Shown here piece after piece: positions 6,327 to 14,114 of a stretch of 14,246 bases of DNA. The stretch comes from a virus. Its lineage: Duplodnaviria > Heunggongvirae > Uroviricota > Caudoviricetes. The notes beneath the pieces are model-generated. The model saw nothing but the letters and a program-made list of their open reading frames with translations, did no database searches and was not told the DNA's origin. The DNA lies in IMG/VR virus record IMGVR_UViG_2690316231_000009, positions 1-14,246 of that record. The stretch is one strand, 5' to 3'. The first letter of the stretch is position 1, and each line of letters starts with the position of its first letter. The position numbers and the translations under genes were made by a program.

Positions 6327-6976
6327 GCCACCATCTCCCTGACCAGTTTTTCCGCCTGCTGGCGAACCTGCGCCAGAAAGGCCTCACCACATGCCTCAAG
6401 TTCATCGCGCCCGATGTAGCTGATTGCCGGTCCCTTCCAGGTCTTGTCGAAAACAGCAATAGCACCAGCGAAGAAAGCGCCTGTCGGCACCTGCTTCTCA
6501 TCCTTCGGGATAAACCAGGCAGGCAGTTCAAAACCAATACGCCCGCGAATAAAAGTAATATGGTCCGCATCTTCCGGCCACCACACTTCGCTGGTGGCCG
6601 CTTTGATCAGGAAAACATAGCGCCCGCCCTTATCACGCATGGCACTGGCATGTTTCATGATGTAACGCATGCCGGTGATGTATTGCCCCTCATGCTGACT
6701 GGCGCGGCTGTATGGGGGATTACCAAAGGCAGCACCTTTAAGCTCCGCAAGACGTTCTGACCAGTCATGCGCCAGCGCGTTGTCTTCCGCCGTGTAATAC
6801 GCGGCACATTTGGCGTTATCACCGTCAGTGAACAGATCCAGAACAAACGGACCAAACAAGGTGTTAATTCCCCAGAAAATGTTGTCCGGCGTGCGCCACT
6901 GATCGCCCACTTCCTTCAGTTCATGGGCTGGTTTGTTCCGCAGTTCTACCAGCGCCTGGCAATATTTATTACTCAT
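6323..6976 (-). CDS. Phage N6-adenine DNA methyltransferase (orphan, Dam-like)
   Basis: Start ATG 6976-6974 with GGGGG SD 4 nt upstream (MSNKYCQALVELRNK...); the track start at 7021 is an extension. Contains the amino-MTase motif IV GNPPY (AAFGNPPYSRAS). No adjacent restriction endonuclease gene. Confidence 0.8.
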   Translation of the reverse strand: MSNKYCQALVELRNKPAHELKEVGDQWRTPDNIFWGINTLFGPFVLDLFTDGDNAKCAAYYTAEDNALAHDWSERLAELKGAAFGNPPYSRASQHEGQYITGMRYIMKHASAMRDKGGRYVFLIKAATSEVWWPEDADHITFIRGRIGFELPAWFIPKDEKQVPTGAFFAGAIAVFDKTWKGPAISYIGRDELEACGEAFLAQVRQQAEKLVREMVA

Positions 6977-7070
6977 TAAGCCCCCACGTAAAAAGCATCC
7001 GCAATGTCTCCGGAAGTACACCCCGGATGGGCTTCAATGAATTTCTGAACTTCATTCAAAAGACTCATGA

Positions 7071-8066
7071 TCACCCCCTGAATCCTTCCGGGATCTGGCT
7101 GTAGTCCACGTTGTCGTAACTGGCTTTGAAGTACGGGTCCTCGCGTCTGGCTGCAGATACCGCAGGAACTTCCCAGGATTCTTCGAAATGACGATCCGGA
7201 CCAAAGAACGTCGACGCCTGCTTCACGAACTGGGTACCGGTATTTCCAGAGACACGCACCCAGGCGGCATAGCGTTTCACACCGTCGAGCATGGTTTCGG
7301 GTGTCACACCTTCCCTGATTCGGGCTTTCCAGGCTTTAAAAGCGGCGGATTTTGAATTACCACCAGCACGTTTGGGATATTCCTGCCAGGCCTGTTCAAA
7401 TTCCGGTGAATATTCCTGTCTGGCAGAACGCGCTGGTGCAGACGCGTCAGCGGATGCGCCAATAGTGTTTTTAGTCTCCGTTGTAATCTCTGTAGTAATC
7501 TCTGTAGTAATCTCTGTATTTGTATCAACATTCGGCGTATCCCCTGTTCCGTTATGACGTCGGGGGGTGTTCCGTTTTAACGTAATAGCTGTATCGCTGA
7601 TTGCATTATTGCTGTTACTTTCTGGCGAAACAGAAGAAGGTGTGGTGATGGCCGCAATTGCCTGTGGGTTGATCCCGACAAACAAAATATTGCTGCATTT
7701 CACCCCATCGAGCATTTCCACCGTGCGTAAATCCAGAGTAATAAACCCTGCATCGCGCAGACGCTTCAGCGCATCTGCGGTTTCCCTTTTCCCGAAACCA
7801 AACTGCTCAGCAAACGCCTGGTAGCTTCTTTGCAGTTTGTCGCCCTGAAAACGCTTGCGATATCCCAGCAACGCTCCGGTGTGCTCATCCCTGACCTCTG
7901 TCGGGCGGTACCAGTAAACGATCTCTGAAAGCAGAGCGATAGCCGTCGCATCCGGACGCCCACTGGGTAGTCGAATATATTTCCACCAGGTCGCAGGTGT
8001 AACATTGCCGGAAATATTAATTTGACCAATAGCCATAACTTCCGGTGTGGGGGCGTAACGGCTCAT
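7071..8066 (-). CDS. Putative phage replication initiator / replisome organizer (O-like) with internal tandem repeats
   Basis: 331-aa ORF; ATG 8066 with AAGGAGG SD; ATGA overlap with the upstream ORF. It sits where lambdoid phages place the replication initiator and contains 12-bp tandem repeats encoding TEITTEITTEITTE. Function is inferred from position and the embedded repeats, not from a recognised motif. Confidence 0.5.
   Translation of the reverse strand: MSRYAPTPEVMAIGQINISGNVTPATWWKYIRLPSGRPDATAIALLSEIVYWYRPTEVRDEHTGALLGYRKRFQGDKLQRSYQAFAEQFGFGKRETADALKRLRDAGFITLDLRTVEMLDGVKCSNILFVGINPQAIAAITTPSSVSPESNSNNAISDTAITLKRNTPRRHNGTGDTPNVDTNTEITTEITTEITTETKNTIGASADASAPARSARQEYSPEFEQAWQEYPKRAGGNSKSAAFKAWKARIREGVTPETMLDGVKRYAAWVRVSGNTGTQFVKQASTFFGPDRHFEESWEVPAVSAARREDPYFKASYDNVDYSQIPEGFRG
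7471..7518. repeat. Tandem 12-bp direct repeats (three exact or near-exact copies plus one degenerate), candidate origin iterons inside the replication gene
   Basis: TAATCTCTGTAG at 7483-7494 and 7495-7506, TAATCTCTGTAT at 7507-7518, preceded by the degenerate copy TAGTCTCCGTTG at 7471-7482. In-frame within the 7071..8066 CDS. Confidence 0.75.
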
Positions 8067-8362
8067 ACAACCTCCTTCCGCAGCATGAGAATTGTGTAGC
8101 CACGCGCAGGTTGTAGTCTGGCTTTTGCATCAATAGTAAGCGTTGCAATTTTTCGGATATGAAGATAACCAGCTCTTTCCAGTGCCAGGGTTTCCCTGAA
8201 TATCGCTTGCTTAGAACAACAGCAGAAATCAGCAAGCACCTGATGATCAATAACTCTCTCGCCTTCACCGTCTGAAGAACCCGACATCAAAACACGCAAC
8301 ATAATCAGGCGCTGAATCGGGTTATCGAAAGCACATCCGCACACAAACTGAAAACAGTTCAC
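8063..8362 (-). CDS. Hypothetical protein (99 aa), possibly HTH-containing
   Basis: GTG start at 8362-8360 overlaps the stop of the upstream ORF (GTGA); its stop overlaps the start of the replication gene (ATGA). No family recognised. Confidence 0.45.
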   Translation of the reverse strand: MNCFQFVCGCAFDNPIQRLIMLRVLMSGSSDGEGERVIDHQVLADFCCCSKQAIFRETLALERAGYLHIRKIATLTIDAKARLQPARGYTILMLRKEVV

Positions 8363-8583
8363 GCCACACCTCCCAGACGCTTAAACATTTTTCCGGAGCA
8401 AAAGGCTATAAGCGGCATACTGACGCGGTAATTACGGCCCAGCGGTTCACAAACCACCTTCTGACATTCACGGTCAACCAGGCTAACACGTAGAACATGC
8501 CCAGCAGGCGTGGTGTACCACTGACCCGGACGAGGACAACGGAAAGTATGATTGGTAAACCGTTTGAAAATATTCCGGATCAT
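8359..8583 (-). CDS. Hypothetical protein (74 aa)
   Basis: ATG 8583-8581 overlaps the TGA stop of the Rha ORF (ATGA). No recognisable motif. Confidence 0.4.
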   Translation of the reverse strand: MIRNIFKRFTNHTFRCPRPGQWYTTPAGHVLRVSLVDRECQKVVCEPLGRNYRVSMPLIAFCSGKMFKRLGGVA

Positions 8584-9740
8584 TTGCGCCCCCTTACCTC
8601 TGAAGGGTTCAGCGACAAATTTATGAGACTGGCCAGCGCCGAAGCATCATTAATATAGTCATATAAGCTAACAGCCAGCGGAGATTCGGCTTTTGCCAAC
8701 ATAGGATAAAGCTGCTGCAGCCAGACCTGATGAATTGATGAAATGTAGGAACAGAGAACGCTGGCGTTATGTGCAACGTCGCTCGGTACAGCGGGCTTTG
8801 AAAGCTGTTTCTCCATCTGGTTAAAGGCATTTATGTATGCCTCTTTGAACCGGGCAGCACGTTTACCCGTGAAACCCATAGCAAGAAACGCAAAACCGTC
8901 TCGTGTGATTTGATAGCAAGGGAGCTTGCGTGTACCACCGTTCGGTTGATTTACCGAAATCGATGTCTCCGCAAAATTGCGGGCACAAAACTCTGGGGAA
9001 CAATCCAGAGTGCGGATCTTTTTCAGCACATCGTCGTGACGCTTGGAGAAGAAGTTGGCAACAGCCAAAGAAGTGGTAACGGCCTGGCCGTTGTCAATGG
9101 TGATTTCAGGTTGAGTGAGGGCTGGGATCGTAGCCATGATGGCAGCCTCCGTTGACAGTGAAAAACTTCCACCACCGGAAACGCCAATTTCACTGGTGGT
9201 GAACTGGACGGGGTTGGCGTAACCGGCGTCAACGGAGACCGGCGCACCTTTCGGTGCCCCCGCCCAGCCCACCATAATCTGGATGTGAGCAAATGCGGAC
9301 GATAAAAAAGACGCTGGCGCGTCATACATCGCCGTTGACAATTTCAGGACGCCAATCCCGGCACCCGCTTTATAAGGTGCCTGAGCAGTGTAACGTCCCG
9401 GAATTGCAGAATCAATATGCTGGTGGTCCTTCACACTCAACAAAATCACGCCTGAATTTCCACAAAGGACTAAAGCACTCATGCGGGTAGTCTTTGCGAA
9501 GATAGATAACGCGCTGTGTTTCTGGCTCCCAACGAATAACATGGACATAAAGCCCTCTTCCGTCACGAAACCAGCGGTTAAGTTCCTGCACAACTCGCCC
9601 CCCACAGTCAGGTAAAGTTCTCTGTGGTTACTTACAGCCAGGTGATTTGGTAATCTGCATTCATGCCGTAACAACAGGTGTTCAGCGACGCTGACCACCA
9701 GCTGTTGCGACAAACGGTTATTTGCCGTTAAACTATTCAT
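8580..9740 (-). CDS. Rha-family phage regulatory protein with an about 200-aa N-terminal extension of unknown function; strong internal start at 9137
   Basis: 386-aa uninterrupted ORF. Residues about 220-310 (LAVANFFSKRHDDVLKKIRTLDCSPEFCARNFAETSISVNQPNGGTRKLPCYQITRDGFAFLAMGFTGKRAARFKEAYINAFNQME) form a Phage_pRha domain. ATG 9740 overlaps the CII-like stop (ATGA). An internal ATG at 9137 with GGAGG 8 nt upstream would give a 185-aa stand-alone Rha protein (MATIPALTQPEITIDNGQAV...). Confidence 0.6.
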   Translation of the reverse strand: MNSLTANNRLSQQLVVSVAEHLLLRHECRLPNHLAVSNHRELYLTVGGELCRNLTAGFVTEEGFMSMLFVGSQKHSALSIFAKTTRMSALVLCGNSGVILLSVKDHQHIDSAIPGRYTAQAPYKAGAGIGVLKLSTAMYDAPASFLSSAFAHIQIMVGWAGAPKGAPVSVDAGYANPVQFTTSEIGVSGGGSFSLSTEAAIMATIPALTQPEITIDNGQAVTTSLAVANFFSKRHDDVLKKIRTLDCSPEFCARNFAETSISVNQPNGGTRKLPCYQITRDGFAFLAMGFTGKRAARFKEAYINAFNQMEKQLSKPAVPSDVAHNASVLCSYISSIHQVWLQQLYPMLAKAESPLAVSLYDYINDASALASLINLSLNPSEVRGRK

Positions 9741-10294
9741 GCGTTAGTTTCTCCACAACCAGAAGCAATCGACGCCACGACGCCCGGAGCTGCACACTCG
9801 CGGGCGTTACTATTTTCTGGAGCGCAGAAGATTTTGTAGACCAGTGCTGCATGCTCCTGGAGCTTCGAAATTGAAAGATACAGTTCGTCGTTAATTGCTG
9901 TCTTCTCATGCGGTTCCACTACACCGTCTTCGATTGCTGAACGAATCTGTTTTGAATAACTGCCGATCTGTTCAATGACTTCCAGTAAACGCTGGTTAAT
10001 ATCGGCATTGTCCACATCCTCGACGTCAGGAAGAGACACAAAGACGCCATTTGCAGACTGCGCCACAGCGTCAGCAATGAAGTGAGTGCCACCAGCACGT
10101 TGTAAAATCATTGCCCATCCCAGCGGGAAAATCTGATCGCCATCGGCACGAAGGCGGTTAAATAATGCGTTCTCTGTTACATCCAGCCACTCAGCAGCTT
10201 CAGCGTAACCCTCCGGCAACGCCGCGATAGTTTTTCTGACAGCTTTCACGTACCACTCAGGCTGTTTTTCCACTTTCCAGTGATGATTACCCAC
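9737..10294 (-). CDS. Putative CII-like lysogeny regulator (phage 186 CII / CP76-like), 185 aa
   Basis: GTG start at 10294 with AGGAGG 6 nt upstream; immediately downstream of cro, where lambdoid phages place cII. Assignment rests on position and loose resemblance only. Confidence 0.4.
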   Translation of the reverse strand: MGNHHWKVEKQPEWYVKAVRKTIAALPEGYAEAAEWLDVTENALFNRLRADGDQIFPLGWAMILQRAGGTHFIADAVAQSANGVFVSLPDVEDVDNADINQRLLEVIEQIGSYSKQIRSAIEDGVVEPHEKTAINDELYLSISKLQEHAALVYKIFCAPENSNARECAAPGVVASIASGCGETNA

Positions 10295-10547
10295 GGCTTA
10301 CCTCCTGTTCCTGTGGTTTAAACCCATTCTGGTTTTGGCTAGATTGAAAACGTGCCGGATAAAGAATCTGCATTTCGCTGATTTCACCCTTAAAAAAATT
10401 GGCCAGACGTTCTGCAAGATCGATAGATGGAATTTGTTCCAGTCTTTCAATACGACTCAGCGTCGCTGGATTGACCTGAACGCCAGCAGCAACATGCTGC
10501 AAAGTAAATCCGTGCGCCTTACGCACATTCCGTAATGGTGATTGCAT
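10287..10547 (-). CDS. Cro-like HTH (XRE-family) regulator
   Basis: 86 aa; MQSPLRNVRKAHGFTLQHVAAGVQVNPATLSRIERLEQIPSIDLAERLANFF is a canonical XRE HTH. Divergent from the repressor gene across an operator-rich spacer; GGAGG SD upstream of ATG 10547. Confidence 0.75.
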   Translation of the reverse strand: MQSPLRNVRKAHGFTLQHVAAGVQVNPATLSRIERLEQIPSIDLAERLANFFKGEISEMQILYPARFQSSQNQNGFKPQEQEVSRG

Positions 10548-10644
10548 ATGACCTCCACATATTGCGTGATGAGCATATTATTTCACGCAAATATTTTGCG
10601 CAAGTTGATTTGCTTAACGCGCAATAAAGAAATGTAATAAACGC
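10548..10644. promoter_or_regulatory. Immunity-region divergent promoter/operator spacer (OR-like) with repeated TTGCG...CGCAA palindromic elements
   Basis: TTGCGTGA (10562-10569) / TCACGCAA (10583-10590) and TTGCGC (10596-10601) / GCGCAA (10619-10624) form two 29-bp inverted repeats of identical geometry. TTGCGCAA (10596-10603) is an 8-bp palindrome. TTGCTTAACGCGCAA (10610-10624) resembles the 15-mers found downstream of cI. Confidence 0.6.
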
Positions 10645-11337
10645 ATGAACATAGGAAACCGAGTCAGACAACTTCGCCAGGCGAAGAACATGAAAATCGC
10701 CGATCTCGCTGAAGCAATAGGAGTGGATGCGGCGAATATCTCACGCCTGGAAACAGGTAAGCAGAAACAATTCACTGAACAAGCCCTGAGTAATATTGCC
10801 AGGAGCTTAGGTGTTGATATTGCTGATCTCTTTACCTCAGACGTCAAAAGTAATACTGTATGTAAAAACAGTATTAGTGAGGATGTTGCGCAGGTGAAGG
10901 ATGTATTCCGTATTGAAATGCTGGATGTCAGTGCCAGTGCGGGAAATGGCCTTATCCAGGGCGGTGATGTCATTGATGTGATTCATGCCATTGAATACAG
11001 AACTGATAATGCTGTATCGATGTTTGGCGGACGGCCAGCCAATCACATTAAAGTTATCAACGTTCGTGGGGACAGTATGTGTCCAACCATTGAGCCAGGA
11101 GATCTCATCTTCGTTGATGTCAGTATCAATCAGTTTGATGGAGATGGTATCTATGTATTTGGTTTTGATGATAAAATTTATGTCAAACGACTGCAAATGA
11201 TACCTGACAAACTACTGGTGATTTCTGATAACCAGATTTACCGTGAATGGGGAATTACCAGCGAAAATGAACACCGGTTTATGGTCTTTGGAAAGGTCTT
11301 AATCAGCCAGTCACAAACCCTTAAGCGACACAATTAA
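10645..11337 (+). CDS. CI-type prophage repressor (HTH_XRE N-domain plus S24 LexA-like autopeptidase C-domain)
   Basis: 230 aa; N-terminal HTH (VRQLRQAKNMKIADLAEAIGVDAANISRLETGK); Ala-Gly cleavage site (SASAGNG); catalytic Ser in GDSMCPTI and Lys in YVKRL. No SD precedes the ATG at 10645. Confidence 0.9.
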   Translation: MNIGNRVRQLRQAKNMKIADLAEAIGVDAANISRLETGKQKQFTEQALSNIARSLGVDIADLFTSDVKSNTVCKNSISEDVAQVKDVFRIEMLDVSASAGNGLIQGGDVIDVIHAIEYRTDNAVSMFGGRPANHIKVINVRGDSMCPTIEPGDLIFVDVSINQFDGDGIYVFGFDDKIYVKRLQMIPDKLLVISDNQIYREWGITSENEHRFMVFGKVLISQSQTLKRHN

Positions 11338-11357
11338 CCCTTACCTCCTCATCAATT

Positions 11358-11382
11358 AGCCACCCAAAGGTGGCTTTTCATT
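11358..11382 (+). terminator. Rho-independent terminator downstream of the repressor gene
   Basis: AGCCACC (11358-11364) / GGTGGCT (11369-11375) stem with CAAA loop, followed by TTTTCATT. Confidence 0.6.
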
Positions 11383-11392
11383 ACCCTTTAAA

Positions 11393-11446
11393 TTGCATAT
11401 CTCGCAATAAAAACACTTGCATAATGCGCAACTTCATTTTATCTTT
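11393..11446 (+). promoter_or_regulatory. Candidate OL/pL region: two 15-bp operator-like elements overlapping a promoter-like sequence
   Basis: TTGCATATCTCGCAA (11393-11407) and TTGCATAATGCGCAA (11417-11431) share the TTGC-N7-GCAA layout seen in the cI-cro spacer. TTGCAT (11418-11423) followed 17 nt later by TATCTT (11441-11446) is promoter-like. Confidence 0.35.
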
Positions 11447-11876
11447 CTTTCCAGACAAACAAACAAGGTACTAACAAAATTTGGTTGTAACACGACGTAT
11501 GGCACATGCGTCGTTAGCGGTCTGGGGACGTTAAAGGGGACAATCCACTCCTTGCTCGAGCAAACAAACCAGGTAGCCGGAATGTGCAAGTCAATGATGA
11601 TGCTGATAAGACGCCTAACCAGCGTGGCGGTTCGGTTTGACACCTGGGAAGAGACCAGGGTGCAACGATGAGGGCATTTATGGAACCGCGACAAAGTGTG
11701 GTGCCGTAACTGGCTAAGTGCTCTCAGCGTTGTGGTGAATGCGCAGGCTGATGCGCGAAAGACATTGCAGCTATTGCGGAAAAGAGCTGTTCGGCGGGGC
11801 AATTAAACGCCCGTGAGAGTCTGAAATAACCGCAAGCCGGAGATCAGCACCGGTCACCACAACAGCCACTGCTTTG

Positions 11877-11923
11877 GCGGTACCAGTTTGTACACTTGCT
11901 TCCGGCTGGTACCGCTCTTTTTA
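11877..11923 (+). terminator. Candidate intrinsic terminator/attenuator in the early-left leader; its T-tract resembles a boxA element
   Basis: GCGGTACCAG (11877-11886) / CTGGTACCGC (11906-11915) 10-bp stem with 19-nt loop, followed by TCTTTTTACAAAA. CGCTCTTTTTA (11913-11923) resembles boxA (lambda CGCTCTTA; rrn GCTCTTTAACAA). Confidence 0.35.
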
Positions 11924-12059
11924 CAAAACAGAGAAGAGCATCACCGGCCGACGGGCTCATAACCCAATCCATCCGGGCGGCTGCCACCGCAGGTGTTCTT
12001 CTCTGTTTTGTGGAGAAACCAACCGACCTTGCAGGGTCGATATGATGAGGAGCAGCAAA

Positions 12060-12422
12060 ATGGCTAGCGAACGCAGTACTGATGTGCAGGCATTTATCGG
12101 GGAGCTGGACGGCGGCGTATTTGAAACCAAAATCGGCGCTGTTCTCAGTGAAGTCGCTTCCGGTGTGATGAATACGAAAACCAAAGGTAAGGTCTCGCTC
12201 AACCTGGAAATCGAACCATTTGATGAGAACCGTGTGAAAATCAAACACAAACTCTCATATGTTCGCCCGACTAACCGCGGGAAAATTTCCGAAGAAGACA
12301 CCACCGAAACGCCGATGTATGTCAATCGCGGTGGTCGCCTGACTATTCTGCAGGAAGACCAGGGACAATTACTGACTCTTGCCGGTGAACCTGACGGAAA
12401 ACTCCGCGCAGCAGGTCATTAA
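12060..12422 (+). CDS. Hypothetical early-left protein, YfdP-like (120 aa)
   Basis: ATG 12060 with GAGGAG 7 nt upstream (MASERSTDVQAFIGELDGGVFETKIGAVL...). The track ORF 11874..12422 adds an implausible upstream extension. Resemblance to CPS-53 YfdP is from memory. Confidence 0.5.
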   Translation: MASERSTDVQAFIGELDGGVFETKIGAVLSEVASGVMNTKTKGKVSLNLEIEPFDENRVKIKHKLSYVRPTNRGKISEEDTTETPMYVNRGGRLTILQEDQGQLLTLAGEPDGKLRAAGH

Positions 12423-12487
12423 TATCGTTTTTAATAAACTGATTATTTCTCTCATCACTGAATATTTTTATATAGTGAGGACTTATT

Positions 12488-13312
12488 ATGTCTCAGAACT
12501 TAGACGCAACCGCAATTAATCAAATCCATGCCCTTATTTCTGCTCAGGGTGTTAATGAAATTATCAGTAAGATTGGTGCCGATGCTGTGGCATTGCCTGA
12601 GAATTTCCGCATTCATGATCTGGAAAAATTTAATTTAAATCGTTTCCGTTTCCGTGGTGCGCTTTCCACTGCCAGCATCGATGACTTTACTCGTTATTCT
12701 AAAGATCTTGCAGATGAAGGCACCCGCTGCTTTATCGATGCCGATAATATGCGTGCCGTCAGTGTGCTTAACCTGGGTACTATTGATGAGCCAGGTCACG
12801 CAGATAACACTGCCACTCTCAAACTGAAAAAGACAGCACCGTTCTCTGCTCTGTTGTCTGTTAATGGCGAGCGTCATTCCCAGAAGTCACTGGCAGAATG
12901 GATTGAAGACTGGGCCGACTACCTTGTGGGCTTTGATGCTAATGGTGACGCTATTCAGGCAACAAAAGCGGCTGCGGCTGTCCGTAAAATCACGATTGAA
13001 GCAAACCAGACCGCTGATTTTGAAGATAATGACTTCAGCGGCAAACGCTCCCTGATGGAGTCTGTCGAAGCGAAAACCAAAGATATTATGCCAGTGGCAT
13101 TTGAATTTAAATGCGTTCCGTTTGAAGGTCTGAAAGAACGTCCATTTAAATTACGCCTCAGCATTATCACTGGCGATCGTCCTGTACTGGTTCTGCGCAT
13201 TATTCAGCTGGAGGCGGTGCAGGAAGAAATGGCTAACGAATTTCGTGATCTGCTTGTTGAGAAATTCAAAGACAGCAAAGTAGAAACCTTTATTGGTACT
13301 TTCACCGCCTGA
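12488..13312 (+). CDS. DUF2303-family protein, YfdQ-like (274 aa)
   Basis: ATG 12488 with GTGAGG 7 nt upstream. Sequence [40 protein letters not shown]...[11 protein letters not shown] matches my recollection of E. coli CPS-53 YfdQ in length and sequence. Confidence 0.65.
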   Translation: MSQNLDATAINQIHALISAQGVNEIISKIGADAVALPENFRIHDLEKFNLNRFRFRGALSTASIDDFTRYSKDLADEGTRCFIDADNMRAVSVLNLGTIDEPGHADNTATLKLKKTAPFSALLSVNGERHSQKSLAEWIEDWADYLVGFDANGDAIQATKAAAAVRKITIEANQTADFEDNDFSGKRSLMESVEAKTKDIMPVAFEFKCVPFEGLKERPFKLRLSIITGDRPVLVLRIIQLEAVQEEMANEFRDLLVEKFKDSKVETFIGTFTA

Positions 13313-13324
13313 TTTCATTACTGC

Positions 13325-13346
13325 AAATGCCCCTGCGGGGGCATTT
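13325..13346 (+). terminator. Hairpin between the YfdQ-like and YfdR-like genes (weak terminator or attenuator)
   Basis: AAATGCCCC (13325-13333) / GGGGCATTT (13338-13346) 9-bp stem with TGCG loop; the downstream T-tract is short. Confidence 0.3.
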
Positions 13347-13439
13347 ATGGAAACGTAATTGACTCAATAATCGCCGGATGGTGAGGGCTTCCTTTTACCA
13401 GAATTCAGCGTGGTGCAGCACATATACGCGGAGAACAAA

Positions 13440-13964
13440 ATGTCATTTATTAAAACTTTTTCCGGGAAGCATTTTTATTATGACAGGATAAATAAAGACG
13501 ACATCGTGATTAACGATATCGCGGTTTCCCTTTCAAATATCTGTCGCTTTGCCGGTCATCTTTCACACTTCTACAGTGTCGCCCAACATGCGGTGCTTTG
13601 CAGCCAGCTGGTGCCGCAGGAATTTGCTTTTGAAGCGTTAATGCATGATGCAACAGAAGCGTATTGCCAGGACATCCCCACGCCGCTGAAACGTCTTCTT
13701 CCTGACTATAAACGGATGGAAGAAAAAATAGACGCCGTAATCCGTGAGAAATACGGGTTACCCACGGTTATGAGCACGCCTGTGAAATATGCCGATCTCA
13801 TCATGCTGGCAACCGAACGCCGCGATCTCGGGCTTGATGATGGCTCTTTCTGGCCTGTACTGGAAGGTATCCCGGCAACAGAGATGTTCAAAGTTATTCC
13901 ACTGTCGCCAGGCCATGCCTATGGGATGTTTATGGAACGCTTTAAAGAGTTAACTGAGTCGTAA
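13440..13964 (+). CDS. HD-domain phosphohydrolase, YfdR-like (5'-deoxynucleotidase family), 174 aa
   Basis: ATG 13440 with GGAG 6 nt upstream (MSFIKTFSGKHFYYDRINKDDIVINDIAVSLSNICRFAGHLSHFYSVAQHAVL...LMHDATEAY...). The H...HD metal-binding motifs are present. The track start at 13410 is an extension. Confidence 0.7.
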   Translation: MSFIKTFSGKHFYYDRINKDDIVINDIAVSLSNICRFAGHLSHFYSVAQHAVLCSQLVPQEFAFEALMHDATEAYCQDIPTPLKRLLPDYKRMEEKIDAVIREKYGLPTVMSTPVKYADLIMLATERRDLGLDDGSFWPVLEGIPATEMFKVIPLSPGHAYGMFMERFKELTES

Positions 13965-14072
13965 AAATCAGCACGTACGAATTCAAACTCTGCCATAAAA
14001 GAACATATAAGTAATTTATTAACATATAGATATAGGTTATATTACAAATTGAAAAATTATTGGAGAGCAACA

Positions 14073-14114
14073 ATGAATCAAAATCCATTCTCATTCTATG
14101 ACTTTCTTGGATAT
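14073..14114 (+). pseudogene. 5' remnant (14 codons) of a gene truncated by the IS2 insertion
   Basis: ATG 14073 with GGAGAG 5 nt upstream; reads MNQNPFSFYDFLGY and then runs directly into the IS2 terminal inverted repeat, whose first three bases (TAG, 14115-14117) supply the stop. Confidence 0.4.

Noticed and set aside
6260-6760. 166-aa plus-strand track ORF
   Set aside because: Fully antisense to the methyltransferase and RusA genes, which carry clear family motifs; no ribosome-binding site.
7471-7518. Tandem repeats considered as a CRISPR array
   Set aside because: Units are only 12 bp, directly tandem with no spacers, and in frame within a coding sequence; there are no cas genes. This is an iteron or linker repeat, not CRISPR.
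11417-11802. Track ORFs 11417..11671 (+) and 11434..11802 (-) as possible N-like or other early genes
   Set aside because: No ribosome-binding sites; low-complexity composition; the plus-strand ORF starts inside the operator-like sequence and has no Arg-rich N-terminal motif expected of an N-type antiterminator.
11844-12422. Track ORFs 11844..12248 (-), 11957..12325 (-) and the long form 11874..12422 (+)
   Set aside because: The minus-strand ORFs are antisense to the YfdP-like gene. The long plus-strand form is an upstream extension through the leader hairpin; the ATG at 12060 with GAGGAG is the credible start.
648-13346. Shared ATGCCCC...GGGGCAT hairpin core at 652-673 and 13327-13344 as a possible dispersed repeat family
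   Set aside because: Only the short GC-rich stem is shared and the flanks differ; this is most simply two independent terminator-type hairpins rather than a mobile or REP-like repeat.
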